This document shows, one piece after another, positions 59,850-64,000 of a stretch of DNA of 64,000 nucleotides. The stretch covers positions 372,001-436,000 of the forward strand of contig CBFDEM010000063.1 in assembly GCA_965603825.1 (NCBI GenBank), read 5' to 3'. The stretch comes from Blepharisma stoltei ATCC 30299. Lineage: Eukaryota; Protista; Ciliophora. The translations under genes were made by a program, and so were the position numbers. The notes beneath the pieces were generated by a model. That model was not told the origin of the DNA. It saw only the letters and a program-made list of their open reading frames with translations, and made no database searches. The first letter of the stretch is position 1; each line of letters begins with the position of its first letter.

Positions 59850-60800
59850 GACCTTTTTTTTTCAACTTCCGTCTGCTTTCCCTAATCACGCTTAGTAAAG
59901 TCTTTAGAAGCAATTCCTAATGTAATTAAATTCTGCCCAGCTAAAGCTTCAATCTATTTTCAGTTGATGCTTCATATTTTTTATCAGCATCTGCTATAAT
60001 TGAATTTTTCGCTGGATTATCCTAAATCTAGCAGAATTTCTGGATAAGTTTGTAAAATGAGCTAAAAGTACTTATGCTGCACTACTACCCAAAAACAAAA
60101 CAGGCCGAAAGCCTATAAGACATGAGCCAATTACTATCCTTTTTCAATTGAAAATCATACAAGGAGAATAACTACTGAAATAGAAAATAAAATATAATTG
60201 AGCCCGCCCAAGGCAGATTAACGAAGATTCCTCTACCTCTAATCAGATATCCAAACTATAATTGATTGCTGGATATAATTAAAATGATCAGACGAAGAAA
60301 GGCACAATTTAATGATGAAGCAGGCAAATTTTCAGAATAATTCATGATGAAGAGGATGAACTATGGATCCTGAAAAGATGGGAGGCAACCGATAAATATG
60401 AAAAAATTTTATCAAGAGAAAATGAAGAAAACTATGACCTCAACTTAAGTTTTTAGCGCTTACTTGCGTTTTAACTTAATATTTAATGTTTTTTCCACTC
60501 AGCAATTGATCTTTTATCCTTTAACTCCAACTCCTATTGTCATTGGCTTATCTTCCCCTGCCTTTTTTCAAAAATGATAAGGTAAGCAACACTAAATAGA
60601 TAAGCACTGGCTCTTTAGAAGACCTCGCGGGACATGTTGCCTCGCTCTAAACTTGACTTCCGCACGTTTCTACTCAAGGGTCTCCCTCTTTGGAGCGTTA
60701 AGAGGTAAAATATATACCTCTTTTAAACCCAGATTCAGTCCACTATGTGCTAATGTGTTGCTTTTATATTTGAATTCAGGTGACTATGAAAGCTGAAACC
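59850..60800. other. Unidentified GC-richer non-ORF segment between the PMCA copies (possible gene relics)
   Basis: Composition resembles coding DNA, but no long frame or family was recognised. Confidence 0.25.
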
Positions 60801-61047
60801 ATAATAATGAAATCACTAAAGGAGAATATTTTTTAGATATTATTTATTTATGCATCTATCATTTTTCTTAAAAAATCCCTTGAAACTCTCAAACAAATTT
60901 TTTAAAATGACAATTTGTCATTTGCCTTCCTATTGATAAGAGTTAAGAGAAAAAATGTTTTAAGCAATTAAAATAAGCGTTTATTATTGGATTATAGTGT
61001 AAATTTTTATAATTTAATTACTGCATAGCTATCATTAAAATAAATAA

Positions 61048-64000
61048 TTAAGGATTATAATTGCTTGATATATGATGCTTAAGGCTTTGACTTCCTTTAT
61101 GAATGCTGCTTGCAAGATGAGTAGCAGGCTTTGTATCATCAGCATGTATTTCATGGTTAAATGGAATTAAAACGATTACCCATCTTCACACGATAGGTAC
61201 GAATCCCCATGCAATACTAATGAACCATTGCTCAACAGTAAGTCCATCCAAATGGCAGTTCATTGCCCAACTTCCAACTTGCACCATAATAACTTGTACT
61301 CCAAAAGTAACAAACCAGATGAATACAAAGAGTCAGCTTTTCGTAATATTTGATAAAATCCAAGTCTCGTCTAACAATTTTCTAGAGTTTATTTCATTAA
61401 AAAGCTGGAATAAGACGAAAACATTAAAAATAAAAGTCATCATCCTGCTTGGACCTATATCTGGGTCGTTGTACAAGTCATAATAATCTTTGTCACCATT
61501 GAAATAGTAGTCTCTCCCCGATCTTACATAGTCGCCACTTCTTGGGTTGTATAAAATTCTTTTCCCTGATCCATATTCAGGAATGAAATATTCCCCAGCA
61601 TACATCATAGCAAATAATATAGCAACTTGAATGATAGCTTGGCCGAATATGTGCTTGAACATTCTTGCGGTGATAATAAAATCTGACATATTGTGAGGCT
61701 TTCTAGTTAACAAAGCATCTGTTGGGGGCTCAGTCGCAAGAGCAAGAGATGCCAAAGTGTCCATAATGAGATTAACCCAAAGAAGCTGAATTGCTGTTAA
61801 AGGAGACTGCTTAATTGTAACAGCTCCAACAATTGCACAAGTTACAGCTACTACATTTACAGTAAGCTGGAATTGAATAAACCTTTGGATGTTATCATAA
61901 ATGCTTCTTCCCCATTTGACAGCTTTTACAATTGAGCTAAAATTATCATCAAGTAAAATAATATCAGCGACTTCTTGAGCCAGCTCAGTACCTGCAATTC
62001 CCATTGCAAACCCAACGCTTGCCTTTTTAAGAGCAGGTGCATCATTAGTTCCATCTCCTGTAACTGCAACAACGCTTCCCATTTGTTTAAGTCCAGTCAC
62101 AAGTGTATATTTATCTTCTGGCTGAGATCTTGCCAGAACGTCAAGATGTCCTATGATTTTTTTGAAATTCTCGAAATTCCCGACCACGTCATTTCTCACT
62201 TTTTTATCTCCAGCGTTTTTGGAATTTCTAGGACAGTCACAAAGCTCAGTCTTGCATTCTTCACATACGACGCCTCCTACTTCTTTTCTGAAATCTTCTC
62301 CGATCATAGCTATGCTATTATCATCTGCAATTCCGATGCTTCTTGCAATAGCTAAAGCAGTTATAGGATTATCGCCAGTCACCATTCGGACTTTTATTTG
62401 AGCTTTTTTGCAAGCTTGGATTGCATCAGGCACTTCATTTCTTGGAGGGTCATAAATTCCGAAAATCCCAATCAAGTTTAGTCCTTTCTTTTCTAAGACT
62501 GGGATTCCGTTTTTGTCGACTTTCTTTAATTTTTCCATATCATCCTCAGTTAAGTCTTTAAAAGCAATTCCTAGTGTTCTTAAGCCCTGCCCAGCCATAG
62601 TTTCAATATCTCTCTTTAACTGATACCTTCTATCTTCTTCAACATCTGTTAAAGTCGCATCCAAAGAGAGAATTCTTTTGCTAGATTCTACTAGATATTC
62701 AGAAGCTCCAACCACATATATTCTTGTCAAGTTTTCATCATATTTTACAATTGCGCTACCTCTTTTTCTTTTCGAAGCAAACGGGTTGGTTGCTAAAGTA
62801 TCATTAATAAAATTTTGCCTAACTTTCATATAATCATTATATCCAAGCATTACAAGCAACTTGATCATGGCGAGCTCAGTTTTTGAACCAATTTCTTTAT
62901 CATCTTCTAGCCTTGCGGAGGTAGTTAAACATATTGCGTCTTTTAAGAAATCGAAGTAATCCGAATGCTTTTCAAAGATCTCTTTCAGCTTGGTACTGTC
63001 AATTAGTTTTCCATCAACAGAATATCTTTGGACCTCCATTAAATTTTTTGTTAAAGTTCCAGTTTTATCTGAACAAATGCAGTCTGCTCCTCCCATGGTT
63101 TCGCAAGCATGAAGTCTTTTTACTAAGTTTTGGTCTTTTTGCATCTTTCTAACTGAATAAGCCAGAGATATAGTAACAGCCAACGGTAGACCTTCTGGAA
63201 TAGCTACAGCAATAACAGTGATTCCTACAATAACTGCATCAATTAAGTCATTAATGCTATCTCCAGTACTCCATTCATTATTTCCAGTTCCCAGCTCGAT
63301 AAAGAACCTCAGCCATAAAATCAAAACTACAAAGCCTCCTGCCATCAATCCTAATCCTGAAATTTTATCTGCAAGATTTTCAAGCTTGATTTCTAAAGGA
63401 GTCATTTCGTCATCTTGTTCAGCAAGGCCAGTGATTCTGCCTTCTTTTGAGTAAATTCCAACAGCGATGGCTACCATTATTCCGCTTCCTTCGACTACAT
63501 TAGTCCCTGAGATTACAACAGGTGAAGGGATTTCTCTTTTGGCATGATCTCCTTCAGCTCGGGTTCCTTTTCTGAGGAACTCGTTAAGTCTTTTTAAGCA
63601 CTCTTCATGACCTTCTTTATCGACATTGTCATTCTCTCCTGTAAGCGAAGACTCATTTGTTTGGAGACGTTCAGCTTTAATAAGAATCCCATCAGCTGGA
63701 ATGATTTCACCTTGCACTAGTTTTACTATGTCTCCTACTAATATTTCGCTTGGGTGTAGAGATTTGAATTCTCCATCCCTTAGTACTGTGATCAGTGCCC
63801 TATTTTTATGAAAACTTCTTAGCTCAGCAAATTTTTTTTGCTTTAAATAATTATTAACAGAAGTAACCATAACCACAATAAAAACAGCCATCAGAATTGC
63901 GAACCCTTCAATCCAGCCATATTCTGGATGATCTTCTAATGTAGCCCCAATGACTAGACTAAGTACCCCCATAAATAAAAGAATCCTAAGTATTTTATCT
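61048..64000 (-). CDS. PMCA: Plasma-membrane-type Ca2+-ATPase (P2B); 5' end lies beyond the window
   Basis: [43 protein letters not shown] and QLLWVNLIMDTLASLALATE. Reads through TGA at 61333 to TAA at 61048. Confidence 0.96.

Noticed and set aside
59817-59851. Short inverted repeat CCCAATT...AATTGGG flanked by A/T runs
   Set aside because: 7-bp arms in low-complexity sequence are expected by chance.
1377-61335. In-frame TGA as selenocysteine, Cys (Euplotes code) or mass pseudogenisation
   Set aside because: TGA aligns with conserved Trp positions and with TGG in paralogs inside the window.
2-63811. Many short antisense or alternative-frame ORFs in the track (e.g. 2-244, 15229-15471, 30612-30944, 40474-41046, 42578-43255, 61975-62355)
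   Set aside because: They are shadows of well-supported genes on the opposite strand or in another frame, and have no motifs of their own.
1-64000. Telomeric repeats, tRNA/rRNA genes, CRISPR arrays, intact transposases or a prokaryotic operon
   Set aside because: None recognised by eye; gene content, introns and code are eukaryotic. A tRNAscan or Rfam run would be needed to exclude small RNAs.

Overview
AT-rich, very gene-dense eukaryotic nuclear DNA, most consistent with the somatic (macronuclear) genome of a heterotrich ciliate of the Blepharisma type. Two features explain why the supplied ORF track is fragmented. First, TGA is read as Trp: it sits at invariant Trp positions, and paralogs in this window have TGG at the same site. 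TAA and TAG remain stops. Second, genes carry 15-nt GT..AG introns; I found 15, all with an A at intron position 10. After re-annotation there are about 40 intact genes, three clear pseudogenes (actin, ubiquitin E1, a tandem PMCA Ca2+-ATPase copy) and two unidentified coding-like relics. The most notable observations are: a 274-bp TTA/TA-bounded AT-rich insertion whose precise removal restores the local PMCA frame (IES-like, retained in a dead gene); a small gene missed by the ORF track that encodes four tandem PAM2-like motifs, one completed only by splicing a stop-less 15-nt intron; a TTL/ATP-grasp ligase with an N-terminal signal anchor lying 21 bp from a secreted protein with bacterial-type motifs; a 1216-aa protein that appears to fuse GNAT-like and serpin-like modules; and a zinc-ribbon plus J-domain fusion. 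No rRNA, tRNA, CRISPR array, telomere or intact transposon was recognised. All family assignments come from motif recognition by eye, not from database searches.
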